A DNA stretch of 64,000 bases from an uncultured delta proteobacterium. Lineage in GTDB: Bacteria > Desulfobacterota > Syntrophia > Syntrophales > UBA5619. Positions 29,795-41,190 of this stretch are shown piece after piece; the stretch's first letter is position 1, and every line of letters begins with the position of its first letter. The position numbers and the translations under genes were made by a program. The stretch is from positions 128,001 through 192,000 of the forward strand of contig CAWFOM010000006.1 in NCBI GenBank assembly GCA_963817385.1, written 5' to 3'. The notes beneath the pieces were generated by a model. That model saw nothing but the letters and a program-made list of their open reading frames with translations. It was not told the origin of the DNA and did no database searches.

Positions 29795-30733
29795 ATCAAA
29801 GAGAAATTCAAGATCGGAACGAGGGGGAGCGCCCTGGCGCTGACGCAGTCCACGTGGGTGGCGGACAGCATCCGGAAGCGCCATCCCGGCGTCGAGGTGG
29901 AACTCGTCATCATCCGGACGAAGGGGGACATCATGGAGGATGTCTCCCTGGTCAAGCTCGGCGGGAAAGGGCTCTTCATCAAGGAGATCGAGGAGGCGCT
30001 CCTCAGGCGAGACGTCGATATCGCCGTCCACAGCATGAAGGACGTCCCCGCCGAGCTTCCCGATGAGCTGGAGATCGCCGTGACGCCGCCGCGGGAGGAT
30101 CCCCGGGACGTCCTGATCTCGCGAAACGACCGCAAACTGGAGGAGATGCCCCGCGGGGCGCGCATCGGGACCTGCTCGCTTCGGCGCGGGTTCCAGCTCC
30201 GCAACCGGATGCCGGATCTGGAGATCATTCCGCTCCGCGGAAACCTCGATACGAGGATCAAGAAGATCGAAACGGAGGGTCTCGACGGCGTGATCGTCGC
30301 GGCGGCGGGGATCCGGCGGATGGGGTGGGTCGCCAAGGTCTCCCAGTTCATCCCCGTGGAGATGATGCTTCCCGCCGTCGGGCAGGGGGTTCTCGGGATC
30401 GAGACGCGGCGGGGCGACGACCGCGTGCTGGAGGCGATCGCCTTTCTCAACGATCCGGTCACCGGGTGCGAGGCCGGCGCCGAGCGCGCCTTCCTGAAGC
30501 GCCTGGGCGGGGGCTGCCAGCTCCCGATCGCCGGCTATGCGAAGAAGACCGGGGAGAGCATCACTCTGGAGGGGCTGGTCGGGAGCGTCGACGGGCGGGT
30601 GATGATCCGCAATGTCGTGAAGGGTGCCGCCGATCAGTTTGACGCACTCGGCACGGGGCTCGCGGAGGAGATCCTGGGACGGGGCGGCCGCGCCCTCCTC
30701 GATGAGGTCTATCAGGAGGGGAACAACCATTAG
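29795..30733 (+). CDS. hemC: Hydroxymethylbilane synthase
   Basis: IGTRGSALALTQ, GGKGLFIKE, VHSMKD, RGNLDTR and GGCQLP motifs; start inferred at ATC after AGGAGG. Confidence 0.95.
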   Translation: MKEKFKIGTRGSALALTQSTWVADSIRKRHPGVEVELVIIRTKGDIMEDVSLVKLGGKGLFIKEIEEALLRRDVDIAVHSMKDVPAELPDELEIAVTPPREDPRDVLISRNDRKLEEMPRGARIGTCSLRRGFQLRNRMPDLEIIPLRGNLDTRIKKIETEGLDGVIVAAAGIRRMGWVAKVSQFIPVEMMLPAVGQGVLGIETRRGDDRVLEAIAFLNDPVTGCEAGAERAFLKRLGGGCQLPIAGYAKKTGESITLEGLVGSVDGRVMIRNVVKGAADQFDALGTGLAEEILGRGGRALLDEVYQEGNNH

Positions 30734-30799
30734 TTTTTTCCTTCACCCTGCTTTAGTCGGTATCGGGGAGAGGGTATTTGAGAAGATGAGAAGCGATTC

Positions 30800-32327
30800 A
30801 TGACGGAAAAGGGCAGGGTCACCATCATCGGCGCGGGACCGGGCGATCCGGGACTGATCACCCTCCGGGGGGTGCAGTGCATCCGGGAGGCGGAGGTGAT
30901 CGTCTACGACCATCTGGTGAGCCCGGAGATTCTCCGCCATGCGGGGGAGAAGGCCCGTCTGATCTATGCCGGCAAGCAGGGCGGAAAACATACCATTTCC
31001 CAGGAGGAGATCAACGACATCCTTGTGGCAGAGGCCGGGAAGGGGGCGATCGTCGCGAGGCTCAAGGGGGGAGATCCCTTCATCTTCGGCCGGGGCGGCG
31101 AGGAGGCGGAGGTCCTCCGGGAGGCGGGCATCCCGTTTGAGGTCGTCCCCGGGGTCACCTCCGCGGTCGCCGCGCCCGCCTATGCGGGGATCCCGCTTAC
31201 CCACCGGAGTCATACGGCCTCGGTGGCCTTCGTCACGGGCCATGAGGATCCGACCAAGGGGAAAAGCAGCCTCGACTGGCCGGCACTCGCCGGGATCGGG
31301 ACGCTCGTCGTCCTCATGGCGATCAAGAACCTCGCGGCGATCGCGGAGAAGCTGATCCGCCACGGGAAAGACGCGGCGACGCCGGCCGCCCTGATCCGCT
31401 GGGGGACGACGCCGGACCAGGAGACGCTGATCGGGACCCTCGGCGACATTGCCCGGAAAGCGGAAGAACGCGGATTTGCGCCACCCTCGGTCCTCGTCGT
31501 CGGCGGCGTGGTCGCCCTCCGCGAGACCCTCAACTGGTTCGAGACGAAGCCCCTCTTCGGCCGGGGGATCGTCATCACCCGGCCGGAGGCCCAGGCGGAG
31601 GGGCTTGCGGAACTCCTCCGGGCGGCCGGGGCGCGGGTGATCCCCTTTCCGGTGATCCGGATCGCGCCGCCCCAGAGCTGGGAGGAACTGGACCAGGCGC
31701 TCGACCGGCTCGAAGACTACCAATGGCTCATCTTCACGAGCGCCAACGGCGTGGCCTTCTTCTTCCGGCGGCTCCGGGAGAGTCGGCAGGGACATCCGCG
31801 ATCTCAAGGGGATCCGGATCGCCGCGATCGGCCCGGCGACGGCCTCGGCGGTCGAGGCGCGGGGGATCCGGGTGGATCTCGTTCCGGAGGAATTCGTCTC
31901 CGAGGGGGTGGTCAAGGCGTTCGCCGGGGAGGATCTCCGGGGAAGCCGGGCCCTCCTCCCGCGGGCCAAGGAGGCGCGCGACGTCATCCCCGAGGGGCTC
32001 GCAAAAATGGGCGCCCGGTGCGATTGCGCGACGACCTACCGGACCGTCCGCTCCGACCGGAGCGCCGCCGAACTGGAGCCCTTTTTCGCCGACGGCAAGG
32101 TCGATGCGATCTCGTTCACGAGCCCCTCGACGGTGAACAACTTCCTCGGGATCATGGGGCCGGATTTCCGGCTCCCGCCCAAGGTCCGGATCGCCTGCAT
32201 CGGCCCGGTGACCGCCGCGGCGGCGAGGAAGGCGGGCCTTTCCGTGGACATCCTCCAGGAGCGCTACACGATCCCCGGCCTCGTCGATGGGCTTGCGGCC
32301 TATTTCAAGAAAGAGAAGCCCGGCTGA
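30800..32327 (+). CDS. cobA: Uroporphyrinogen-III C-methyltransferase/synthase fusion (CobA-HemD; apparent frameshift near 31780)
   Basis: GAGPGDPGLIT, RLKGGDPFIFGRGGEE, FTSANGV, FTSPSTV and CIGPVT motifs. Confidence 0.93.
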
Positions 32328-32399
32328 TGCAGTCGTAAGGCGATTGCAATCCCGGCGGATACCTGTTAGGTTTGGGGTTCGAAAGCATAAGGAGGTCAT

Positions 32400-33377
32400 A
32401 TGAATTTCCCCGATTACCGGCCGAGAAGGCTGAGACAGAACGAGAATTTCCGGAGGATGATCCGGGAGACGAAGCTCTCCGCGGACAACCTGATCTATCC
32501 CCTGTTCGCCGTGCCGGGGACGAAGGTGAAAAAACCGATCGTCTCCATGCCGGGGATCTTTCAGATGTCCGTCGACCATATCGTCCGGGAGACGGCGCGG
32601 GTGAAGGCGCTCGGGATACCGGCGGTTCTCCTCTTCGGGATCCCCGAGAAGAAGGACGAGATCGCCTCCGGGGCGATGGCGAACGACGGCATCGTCCAGC
32701 GGGCGATCCGGGGGATCAAGGAGAAGGTCTCCGACATCCTCGTCGTCACCGATGTCTGCCTTTGCGAGTACATGAGCCATGGCCACTGCGGGATCCTCGA
32801 GAAAGGGGATGTCGATAACGACGCCACCCTCGATGTCCTCGCGGAGACGGCCGTCTCCCATGCGAAGGCGGGGGCGGACATGGTTGCCCCGTCGGCGATG
32901 ATGGACGGCCAGATCGGCGCGCTTCGGGAGGGGCTCGACGATGCAGGTTTCGTGAACGTCCCGATCATGGCCTACTCGGCGAAGTACGCCTCCTGCTTCT
33001 ACGGCCCCTTCCGGGAGGCGGCGGAGAGCGCCCCCGCCTTCGGGGACCGAAAGTCCTACCAGATGGATCCCGCCAACTCCGACGAGGCGATCCGCGAGAT
33101 GTCTCTCGACGTGGAGGAGGGGGCGGACATCATCATGGTCAAGCCGGCCTTGGCCTATCTCGACGTCATCCGCCGGGCGAAGGAGGAGTTCGACCTGCCG
33201 GTTGCCGCCTACAACGTGAGCGGTGAGTTTTCCATGATCAAGGCGGCTGCGCAGATGGGCTGGCTGGACGGGGAGCGGGCGATGCTGGAGTCCCTGACGG
33301 CGATCCGGCGCGCCGGGGCGGATATGATCATTACCTACTTCGCCCCCGAGGCGGCGCAGATTTTGGCGGCTACGTAG
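32400..33377 (+). CDS. hemB: Porphobilinogen synthase
   Basis: [27 protein letters not shown] and MVKP motifs. Confidence 0.97.
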   Translation: MNFPDYRPRRLRQNENFRRMIRETKLSADNLIYPLFAVPGTKVKKPIVSMPGIFQMSVDHIVRETARVKALGIPAVLLFGIPEKKDEIASGAMANDGIVQRAIRGIKEKVSDILVVTDVCLCEYMSHGHCGILEKGDVDNDATLDVLAETAVSHAKAGADMVAPSAMMDGQIGALREGLDDAGFVNVPIMAYSAKYASCFYGPFREAAESAPAFGDRKSYQMDPANSDEAIREMSLDVEEGADIIMVKPALAYLDVIRRAKEEFDLPVAAYNVSGEFSMIKAAAQMGWLDGERAMLESLTAIRRAGADMIITYFAPEAAQILAAT

Positions 33378-33394
33378 AAAGTCCATTGGAATAT

Positions 33395-34499
33395 ATGAAA
33401 CCAGAAACTTCACGCAAATTGCCCGACACGCTCCGGATGGTCGCCTGGGAGGTCACGCGGAGCTGCAACCTGGCCTGCGTCCACTGCCGCGCTTCCGCGC
33501 TCTGCGGCCCCTACCCGGGGGAGCTCGACACCGAAAAATGCCTGCGGCTGATCGACGAGATCGCGGAGGTCGCGAAACCCGTGATCATCCTCACGGGCGG
33601 CGAGCCGCTTCTGCAGGGCGGACATCTACGACATCGCCGCCTACGGGGACAAGAAGGGCCTCCGGATGGTCCTGGCGACGAACGGGACGTTCGTGACCGA
33701 CGCCGTTGCCCAGAAGCTGATCGCGTCGGGAATCCGGCGGGTAAGCGTCAGCATCGACGGACCCGATCCGGCTTCGCACGACGCCTTCCGCGGCGTCCCG
33801 GGGGCGTTCACGGAAGCGATGGCCGGGATCGAGGCGATGAAGCGGGCGGGGATGGAGTTCCAGATCAATACGACGATCACCCAGAAGAATCTCACGCAGA
33901 TCCGGGAGATCCACGACCTGGCCCATCGCCTCGGCGCCGCGGCGCACCACATCTTCCTCCTCGTTCCGACGGGACGGGGGAAGGAGATGGCCGCGCAGGC
34001 GATCACGCCGCTCGACTACGAACAGACGCTCAACTGGTTCTACGAAGAGAGCATCGACTGCGCGATCCAGCTCAAGGCGACCTGCGCCCCCCACTACTAC
34101 CGGATCTTCCATCAGCGGCGGAAGGAACGGGGCGGAGCGCCGGCACAGATGCTGCCGGCGGGCGGGGGCGGGCACCCGCTCAACGCCATGACCCGGGGCT
34201 GCCTTGGGGGGAGCGCGTTTTGCTTCATCTCCCACACCGGGCAGGTCCAGCCCTGCGGCTACCTGGAGCTCGACTGCGGCCAGGTCACGAAACAGAGCTT
34301 CGCGGAGATCTGGCACGATTCAAAGATCTTCCGCGACGTCCGCGATCTCGGTCTCTACGAGGGGAAGTGCGGTAACTGCGAGTTCATCCGGGTCTGCGGC
34401 GGCTGCCGCGCGCGGGCCTACGAGGCCACGGGGAACTACCTGGCGGAAGAACCGCTGTGCATCTACCAGCCGGGGGCGACGGGAAAACCGCTGAAATGA
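33395..34499 (+). CDS. ahbD: Radical SAM heme b synthase, AhbD-like (apparent frameshift near 33615)
   Basis: WEVTRSCNLACVHC, TCAPHYYR and SPASM CGNC..CGGCRARA motifs; located in the heme operon. Confidence 0.8.
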
Positions 34500-37177
34500 C
34501 GGAAGAAACGAAGCGCCCTAAACTGGTCCTCGTCGATGGGAGCAACTACCTGTTTCGGGCCTTTTACGCGATCCGGGAGCTCTCCAACTCGAAGGGCTTC
34601 CCCACCAACGCGATCTACGGCTTCACGACCATGCTGATGAAGCTCCTGCGTGACCAGGAGCCCGATTACATTGCCATTGCTTTCGACGTCAAGGCCCCCA
34701 CCTTCCGGCACGACGCCTATGCGGACTACAAGGCCACCCGCCGGGCGGTTCCCGACACCCTCATCCCCCAGATCCCCTACGTCAAGGAGGTGGTCCGGGG
34801 GTTCGCCATTCCGGTGATCGAGCAGCCGGGGCTGGAGGCGGACGATATCATCGGGACGATCGCCTGCCGACAGGCGGCAGAAGGGATGGCGGTCGTCATC
34901 GTCTCCGGGGACAAGGACCTGATGCAGCTTGTCTCCGCCGATATCGTCATGACCGACACGATGAAGGACAAGACCTACGATGTCGCCGCCGTGAAGGAGC
35001 GCTTCGGCGTCGAGCCGCAGAGGGTCGTGGAGATCCTCGCCCTCACGGGGGACGTCTCCGACAACATCCCCGGCGTCCCGGGGATCGGCCCGAAGGGGGC
35101 GCTGCGCCTCATCGAGCAGTTCGGGGGGATCGAGGAGATCCTCGCCCACCCGGAGAAGATCCACAATCTCAAGACCCGCGAGGCGATCCTGGCAAACGCC
35201 GAGAAGGCGCGGCTGAGCCTCGATCTGGCGCGGATCCGCACGGACGCGGCTGTTCCCTTTGATCTGGAGGCCTGCCGCCGGCGGGAGCCCGACCGGGAGC
35301 TCCTCATCTCGCTTTTCAAGGAGTTCGAATTCTCGTCGCTCCTCCAGGAGCTCAAGGGCGGCGGGGAAGAGGCCGCCGGCGACTACCGGATCTGCCGGAC
35401 GCCGGAGGAACTCGAAGCGCTCGCCGTCCGGCTTGGGCCAGGCCAGGGAGTTCTCGCTCGATCCGCTCCTCTCGTCGGCGGAGGCGATGCGGGCCTCTCT
35501 CGTCGGTCTGGCCGTCTCGCCCGCGCCGGGCGAGGGGTTCTACCTCCCCATCGGCCATGAGGACGGATCGCCCCAGCTTTCCGCCGGCGCGGTCGTAAAC
35601 GCCCTTGCCCCGCTTCTCGGCGATCCGGCAGTTCCGAAGCACGGCCACGACCTGAAGACCGCCCTCATCGTCCTTGCCGAACACGGCGCTCCCCTCCGGG
35701 GCCTCGGCTGCGACACGATGGTCGCCTCCTACCTCCTCAATCCGGCGCGGCGCAGCTTCGAGCTGGCCGAGACGGTCCTCGACCACCTCGGCCGCCAGAT
35801 CCCCACGGTAAAGGAGATCGTCGGGAGCGGCGCGAAGAGCGTGCCCTTTGCGTCCATCGCCGCGGCAAAAGCGGGGGATTACGCCTGCCGGCGCGCCGAC
35901 GCCGTGATGGCCCTGGCGGCGGAGCTCTCCGGCAAGATCGCTGCGGCGGACCTGGCCGATCTCCTGCGCGATGTGGAGATGCCCCTCGTAACGGTCCTGG
36001 CGGCGATGGAGATGAAGGGGGTGCTCCTCGACTGCGCGCTCTTGAAGACGATGTCGCTGGAGATCGAGCAGCTCCTCGCCCTTTCGGAGGAGAAGATCTG
36101 TCGCCTCGCGGGGGAGAAATTCAACATCAACTCCCCCAAGCAGCTCCAGGTGATCCTCTTCGAAAAGCTGGGGCTCCCCCGGGGACGGAAGACCAAGGAG
36201 GGGTATTCGACCGACGTGGATGTGCTCACCTGGCTCGCCCTCAGCCACGAACTCCCCGCGGAGATCCTTGCCTACCGGGGAATGGTCAAGCTGAAATCGA
36301 CCTACGTCGACGCCCTGCCGGAACTCATCAATCCCCGGACGGGGCGGGTCCACACCTCTTACAACCAGACGGTGGCGGCGACGGGGAGGCTCTCCAGCAG
36401 CAACCCGAACCTCCAGAACATCCCCATCCGGACCCTCGAGGGGAAGCGGATCCGCCAGGCCTTCATCGCCCCGCCGGGGTGGATGATCGTCTCGGCCGAC
36501 TACTCGCAGATCGAGCTGCAGGGTCCTGGCGCATCTCTCCGGCGACGAGGCCCTGATGGAGGCCTTCAGGACCGGCGAGGACATCCACAGCCGGACCGCC
36601 TCCGACATCTTCGGCGTCTTTCCCGAGATGGTCAACGCCGACATGCGGCGGCAGGCGAAGGTGATCAATTTCGGCGTCCTCTACGGGATGAGCGCCTTCG
36701 GCCTCGCGAAGGAACTCGGCGTCACTCAGAAGCTCGCCCAGGCCTACATCGACGGCTATTTCCAGAAGTATGCGAAGGTCCGGGAGTATCTCGACGGCCT
36801 CCTCGCCCAGGCGAGGCGGGAGGGGTACGTGACGACCCTCCTCAAGCGGCGGCGGTACCTGCCGGAGATCACGAGCCACCAGCCCTCCGTCCGCCAGTTC
36901 GCGGAGCGGATGGCGATCAACGCCCCGATCCAGGGGACGGCGGCGGACCTCATCAAGGTGGCGATGGTCCGGATCTTCCGGCGTCTGGCCGCTGAGGGAC
37001 TTCAAGCCGCGATGATCATGCAGGTCCACGACGAGCTCGTCTTCGAGGTGCCCGTTTCCGAACGGGAAGCGCTGATGTGCACTCGTCTGCGAGGAGATGG
37101 AGGGGGTCCTGAAGCTGGATGTGCCCCTGCGGGTGGAGATCGCCGCGGGGAAAAACTGGGACGAGGCGCATACCTGA
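34496..37177 (+). CDS. polA: DNA polymerase I (three apparent frameshifts)
   Basis: LVDGSNYLFRAF, SGDKDL, DNIPGVPGIG, NLQNIP, SADYSQIEL, QVHDEL and C-terminal NWDEAH motifs. Confidence 0.95.
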
Positions 37178-37181
37178 GGGG
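37154..37181 (+). repeat. Direct repeat (polA 3' end), left copy
   Basis: AACTGGGACGAGGCGCATACCTGAGGGG; 26/28 identical to 43872-43899. Confidence 0.8.
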
Positions 37182-37569
37182 CAAAGAGCCTCCGATCCAC
37201 GCGGCGGGGGGATTTCCTCTGCCAGCGTCGAAACGCGGTCATGGCCGTCGCTCCTGTCCTCAACTTTCCAAGCCAGAGCTGTGTGTTGAAACAACAATTC
37301 GTTTCCTCTAAGCTACCCTTCTTGATGTTCCGCCATTCATCTCGGGCATATGGTCGGGAGAAACCCTGCCTGCCGATCATTGATTCCAGGCTCCGTCAGG
37401 GATCCTTTCACCGAAGGGTGCCGCAGTCTTCTTCGGCCATCCGGTCTCCAATGCCTTGATTCAGTGGCGGGGAGTGAGCGCGGTGGTTGGAAACAGGGCG
37501 TCAGGCGATGGATAACGCGTCCATGAATCCGGGCAATTTCCGAATCAAAGACAGTTACAAAAAAATTTG

Positions 37570-37599
37570 TTGACTCATAATAATACTTTGTGTATACAC
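37570..37599 (+). promoter_or_regulatory. Promoter with overlapping GntR-type operator
   Basis: TTGACT-17-TATACA overlapped by the palindrome GTGTATACAC. Confidence 0.55.
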
Positions 37600-37773
37600 G
37601 AAAAAAACTTAAAGTATATGGTTATGTTTTCAGGTTTTTTGGAAAAATGTCATTTCGAAACGACAGCAATGAAGAAGTCTTGCTGAATCGGCACAGGGAA
37701 GAATTCCTGTTGTCGACATGGCGGAGCGGGGAGATTTTTCGGACGGTCAGCACCTATTGTTTTCGAGGAAAAG

Positions 37774-38472
37774 ATGAAAAAACCAGTTGAGAAATCTTCG
37801 ACTCTCAGAAGTGAAGATGTGTATGGCATCCTGAAAGAGAAGTTAATTTCCTCAGAATTCAGACCTGGTAGCGCTTTGATGGAAAGCGAGATAGCGAAAG
37901 CACTGGAGGTTAGCCGGACACCTGTCCGTCACGCCCTCGCCAAACTGGAAAGAGACGGCCTGATTGAGACTATCCCGCGCAAGGGTGCGTTCGTAAAGTT
38001 TCATTCGTTAAGGGATATATTGGAGATCTTTCAGGTTCGGAAGTCCCTTGAATCTTATGCGGCAAATCTTGCCGCTGCAGATATCGATTTAGCCGAACTG
38101 GATAGATATGAACAGTTTTACATAAGCGCTCGGAATATGTCGGATGATGAGAATTTACAGGATTTTTATGACAGGGGGATTGAATTCCATAAATTCATCA
38201 TCAGGAGCTCCAATAACTCGCGCATTGAAAAAATTCTGGCGGAGCTCAGAGTCCAGTTTGAAATATCACGGATATTTTTTCTCAATCAGAATCGGAAAGG
38301 ACATAATATCATACTGGAACGGGCATTTCGCATGATTGAGAACCACCTTACGGTTATCGAGGCATTGAAAAGCAAGGATGGCGACAAGGCTGAGAAATAT
38401 ATGCGGGAGCATATCATCGATGCGGAAAAATACTTTCTCTCCTTTCCCGCCTGCGCCGACTATGTGCGTTAA
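37774..38472 (+). CDS. GntR family regulator (FCD domain)
   Basis: LEVSRTPVRHAL..L..DGL...PRKGAFV HTH; EFH and H..VIEAL motifs. Confidence 0.93.
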   Translation: MKKPVEKSSTLRSEDVYGILKEKLISSEFRPGSALMESEIAKALEVSRTPVRHALAKLERDGLIETIPRKGAFVKFHSLRDILEIFQVRKSLESYAANLAAADIDLAELDRYEQFYISARNMSDDENLQDFYDRGIEFHKFIIRSSNNSRIEKILAELRVQFEISRIFFLNQNRKGHNIILERAFRMIENHLTVIEALKSKDGDKAEKYMREHIIDAEKYFLSFPACADYVR

Positions 38473-38673
38473 TGGGTATGTGGATATTCCTGAGCAGGCG
38501 GCTAAAAGGCATTCAATAAGTACTCTCAAAGGGGCTGAGAGAAGGGAATAGAGAATAATCCAGGTTAGAGATGTAACCGGAAAAGGCTTTTCCGGGAACG
38601 GACAAGGCAAGGTGCGTTGGTTTTTTCACGGCCTGCGAAAATTAAATTTTTTTGAAATGAAAGGAGACTGTTA

Positions 38674-39642
38674 ATGAGAGTTTCAAGAACCATGCTGGGT
38701 ACCTTTGCAATGATTTGTTGCGTTTTAAGTTTATTGGTCGTTTCAAATGCCGGGGCACAGAAGTTTCCCACCCGCCCCATCGAAATCATCGTCGGTTTCG
38801 GCGCCGGCGGAGGGACGGACCTGTCCTTTAGGAACATCGCCCCTTCTCTCGAAAAAGAGCTGGGGGTCCCGGTGGTGATTCTGAACAAGCCCGGAGCCGG
38901 CGGGGTGATCGGCTGGAATACGCTGGCAAACTCGAGGCCGACCGGTTACTCGATCGGCAGCATCAACATGCCCGCGATCGTCGGTTCCTATGTCACCGGT
39001 GACATGACGATCGATCCCCGCAGCGCCTTCAAATTTCTGGGCAATACCGTGTTCGACGCCAATTGCATCGCTGTTTCTGCAAAGGGCAAAATCAGCAATA
39101 TGAAGGAATTGATCGAGTATCTGAAGAAGAACCCGGAAGGGCTCTCTTACGGCGCGACCGGAAGGGTCAGTACCGACGGGTTGACCGCCCTGGCCATTGA
39201 AAAGGCGGCCGATGTGAAGTTCAGGATGATCAACTTCAAGGGCGGGAGCGAAGCCATCACCGCGGCACTGGGCGGGCATGTGGACCTAGTCGGCCTGACC
39301 GTCAGCGAGGCCCTTCCGTTTGTCAAGGACGGCACCTTGAAGCTGCTTGGCGTGGGCGGGGATAAAAGGGATCCGGAGCTTCCGAACGTGCCGACCTTTA
39401 AAGAGCAGGGATTCGCCCTGCAGATCAACGGTTCGAGCCGTGGTTTGATCATGCCGGCCGGGGCCACCGATGCGGTTCTCAATACCCTGCGTACTGCCGT
39501 CAAGAAGGCAGCCACTTCGGAAGCGTACCTGGCCGCCTCCAAAAAAGCCGGCCAACTCGGCATTTATACCGACTACAATGCCGTGGCGACGACCCTTCAG
39601 GAACAGATCGAATGGTTGAAGAAATCGTTATCCGCAAAGTGA
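38674..39642 (+). CDS. tctC: TTT substrate-binding protein
   Basis: FPTRPIEIIV, GGGTD, NKPGAGG and PNVPTFKEQG motifs. Confidence 0.92.
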   Translation: MRVSRTMLGTFAMICCVLSLLVVSNAGAQKFPTRPIEIIVGFGAGGGTDLSFRNIAPSLEKELGVPVVILNKPGAGGVIGWNTLANSRPTGYSIGSINMPAIVGSYVTGDMTIDPRSAFKFLGNTVFDANCIAVSAKGKISNMKELIEYLKKNPEGLSYGATGRVSTDGLTALAIEKAADVKFRMINFKGGSEAITAALGGHVDLVGLTVSEALPFVKDGTLKLLGVGGDKRDPELPNVPTFKEQGFALQINGSSRGLIMPAGATDAVLNTLRTAVKKAATSEAYLAASKKAGQLGIYTDYNAVATTLQEQIEWLKKSLSAK

Positions 39643-39823
39643 GCCTGTGCCTCACGTGGCACTGTCCTCAATGGCGCGGTAGCGAGCAGTGAATCCTTTC
39701 CTTGACCGCAGGGGCGCCCGGCGCCCCTGTGGAAATCTGTGAAAAGGTGCCCTGACTAAGCTGAATGGCCTAGGCAGGGCGTTGGGGAGTTGACAGTTCA
39801 TAGTCAATAATTGGTGATATCCC

Positions 39824-40185
39824 GTGCACTGGAACAATGAGAAGTATCTTTCAATATTTCTGGTCCTGATCGGCGTTTCGGGCGTGTGGGGTTCTCTCAA
39901 GGTGCCTATTGCAGAAAGATTTACCCTGGGCTCTGGGCGTTACCACTGATTTACGCGGCGGGCGTTCTCCTGTTGGCAGTTGCGCTGCTCGTAATGATGC
40001 TAAAGGGTAAAAATCGAGATGCAAATGCAGTTCACGAGCACAGGGAACATATGGGTTACTCTTCTTATTATAATTGTGCGCTTGCACTTTCAGTTCATCT
40101 GATCGGTTTCGCGTTGGGTTGTTTTTATTTTCACTTTTATCGCTGATATGTTGGTGCTGAAAATTAAGAAAGCTCTGCTTTTCAG
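39824..40185 (+). pseudogene. Degenerate tctB-like remnant
   Basis: KYLSIFLVLIGVSGVWGSLKVP..LG..ALPLIYAAGVLLLAVALL spread over shifted frames, directly after tctC; no tctA follows. Confidence 0.55.
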
Positions 40186-41073
40186 ATATACAAGGCCCAA
40201 TTTGCCAGTCACGGCATGGGCGCCGGTTCGGTGATTGCAATGTCCGGAATCGACATGGCCCTTTGGGATATCCGGGGGAAGGCGGTGGGATGGCCGCTCT
40301 ACAAACTCCTGGGCGGCTCCTCCCGAAAGATACCCGCCTACGCGGGCGGTGGCGGATCGCTTGGGTTTTCGGAACCGGGCAAGACCGTGGAAGAGATCGG
40401 GCCGCTCGTGGAGATGGGGTTCAAGGCCGTCAAGGTCAGAATCGGCCAAACGGCTGCCCGTGATCTGGCCCGGATCAGTGCCGTAAGAAAGGCATACGGA
40501 GACGATCTGGTGATTCTAACCGATGCCAATGCCGCCTATACCGTAGACGACGCGCGCAAGGTCATGCCGGTCATGGAATCCCTCAATGTGGGCTGGCTGG
40601 AAGAGCCGTTTCCCGCCCATGACTACCGTTCCTACGCCCTGGCTGCCAGCTTCAGTTCGACCCCCCTAGCTCTGGGCGAGAACGTGTACACCCGTTTCGA
40701 ATTTATCCGTATCATTGAAGACGGTGTGATCAGCATCCTTCAGCCGGATGTGGGGAAAGCCGGCGGCGTGACCGAAGCGCTCCGCATCGCCGCCCTGGCC
40801 TCGGCATGGAAACTGCCCGTTCACCCCCACGGCGGCGTGACGGGGCTCGATCTGGCAGCGGGAATCCACCTGCTGGCATCGATTGACAATGGCGGATATT
40901 TCGAGTCGAGTGAAGGATACAATCCCCTGCGTGAAGGACTGTTTAACACGAAGCCGTATGAAATTGACAAAGACGGGTGCGTAATGCCTTTGGAAGCCCC
41001 GGGTATCGGACTTGAGGTCGATGAGAAATTCCTGATCGGTAACCCGGTAATCGAAGGTCCCGGTTTTGTATGA
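40186..41073 (+). pseudogene. Mandelate racemase/muconate lactonizing enzyme family gene, N-terminally truncated
   Basis: SGIDMALWDIRGK, KVR, DAN, WLEEP, GEN, QPD and HPH motifs; first part of the N-terminal capping domain missing. Confidence 0.8.
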
Positions 41074-41190
41074 GGACTTCGCAGGCTGTTTCGTCTCATG
41101 TTTTTTATCCCCTTCTGCAAAAGATTGCCGATTGCGGATGTCGCTTTTTTTATCGGATAGATGAATTCTACTCTGGGAGTAGGGCTGGAT

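Noticed and set aside
24360..37177. Frameshifts in RDD, prmA, hemA, cobA/hemD, ahbD and polA (also Ldh_2, tctC at 59 kb and the kinase) as programmed frameshifting or mass pseudogenisation
   Set aside because: About 12 indels, mostly in housekeeping genes with otherwise intact motifs and no shared slippery site; sequencing or assembly error is more parsimonious. A read pile-up would settle it.
37300..37460. Minus-strand MPEMNG suggesting a response-regulator remnant
   Set aside because: Only a 6-aa motif; flanking similarity is not convincing
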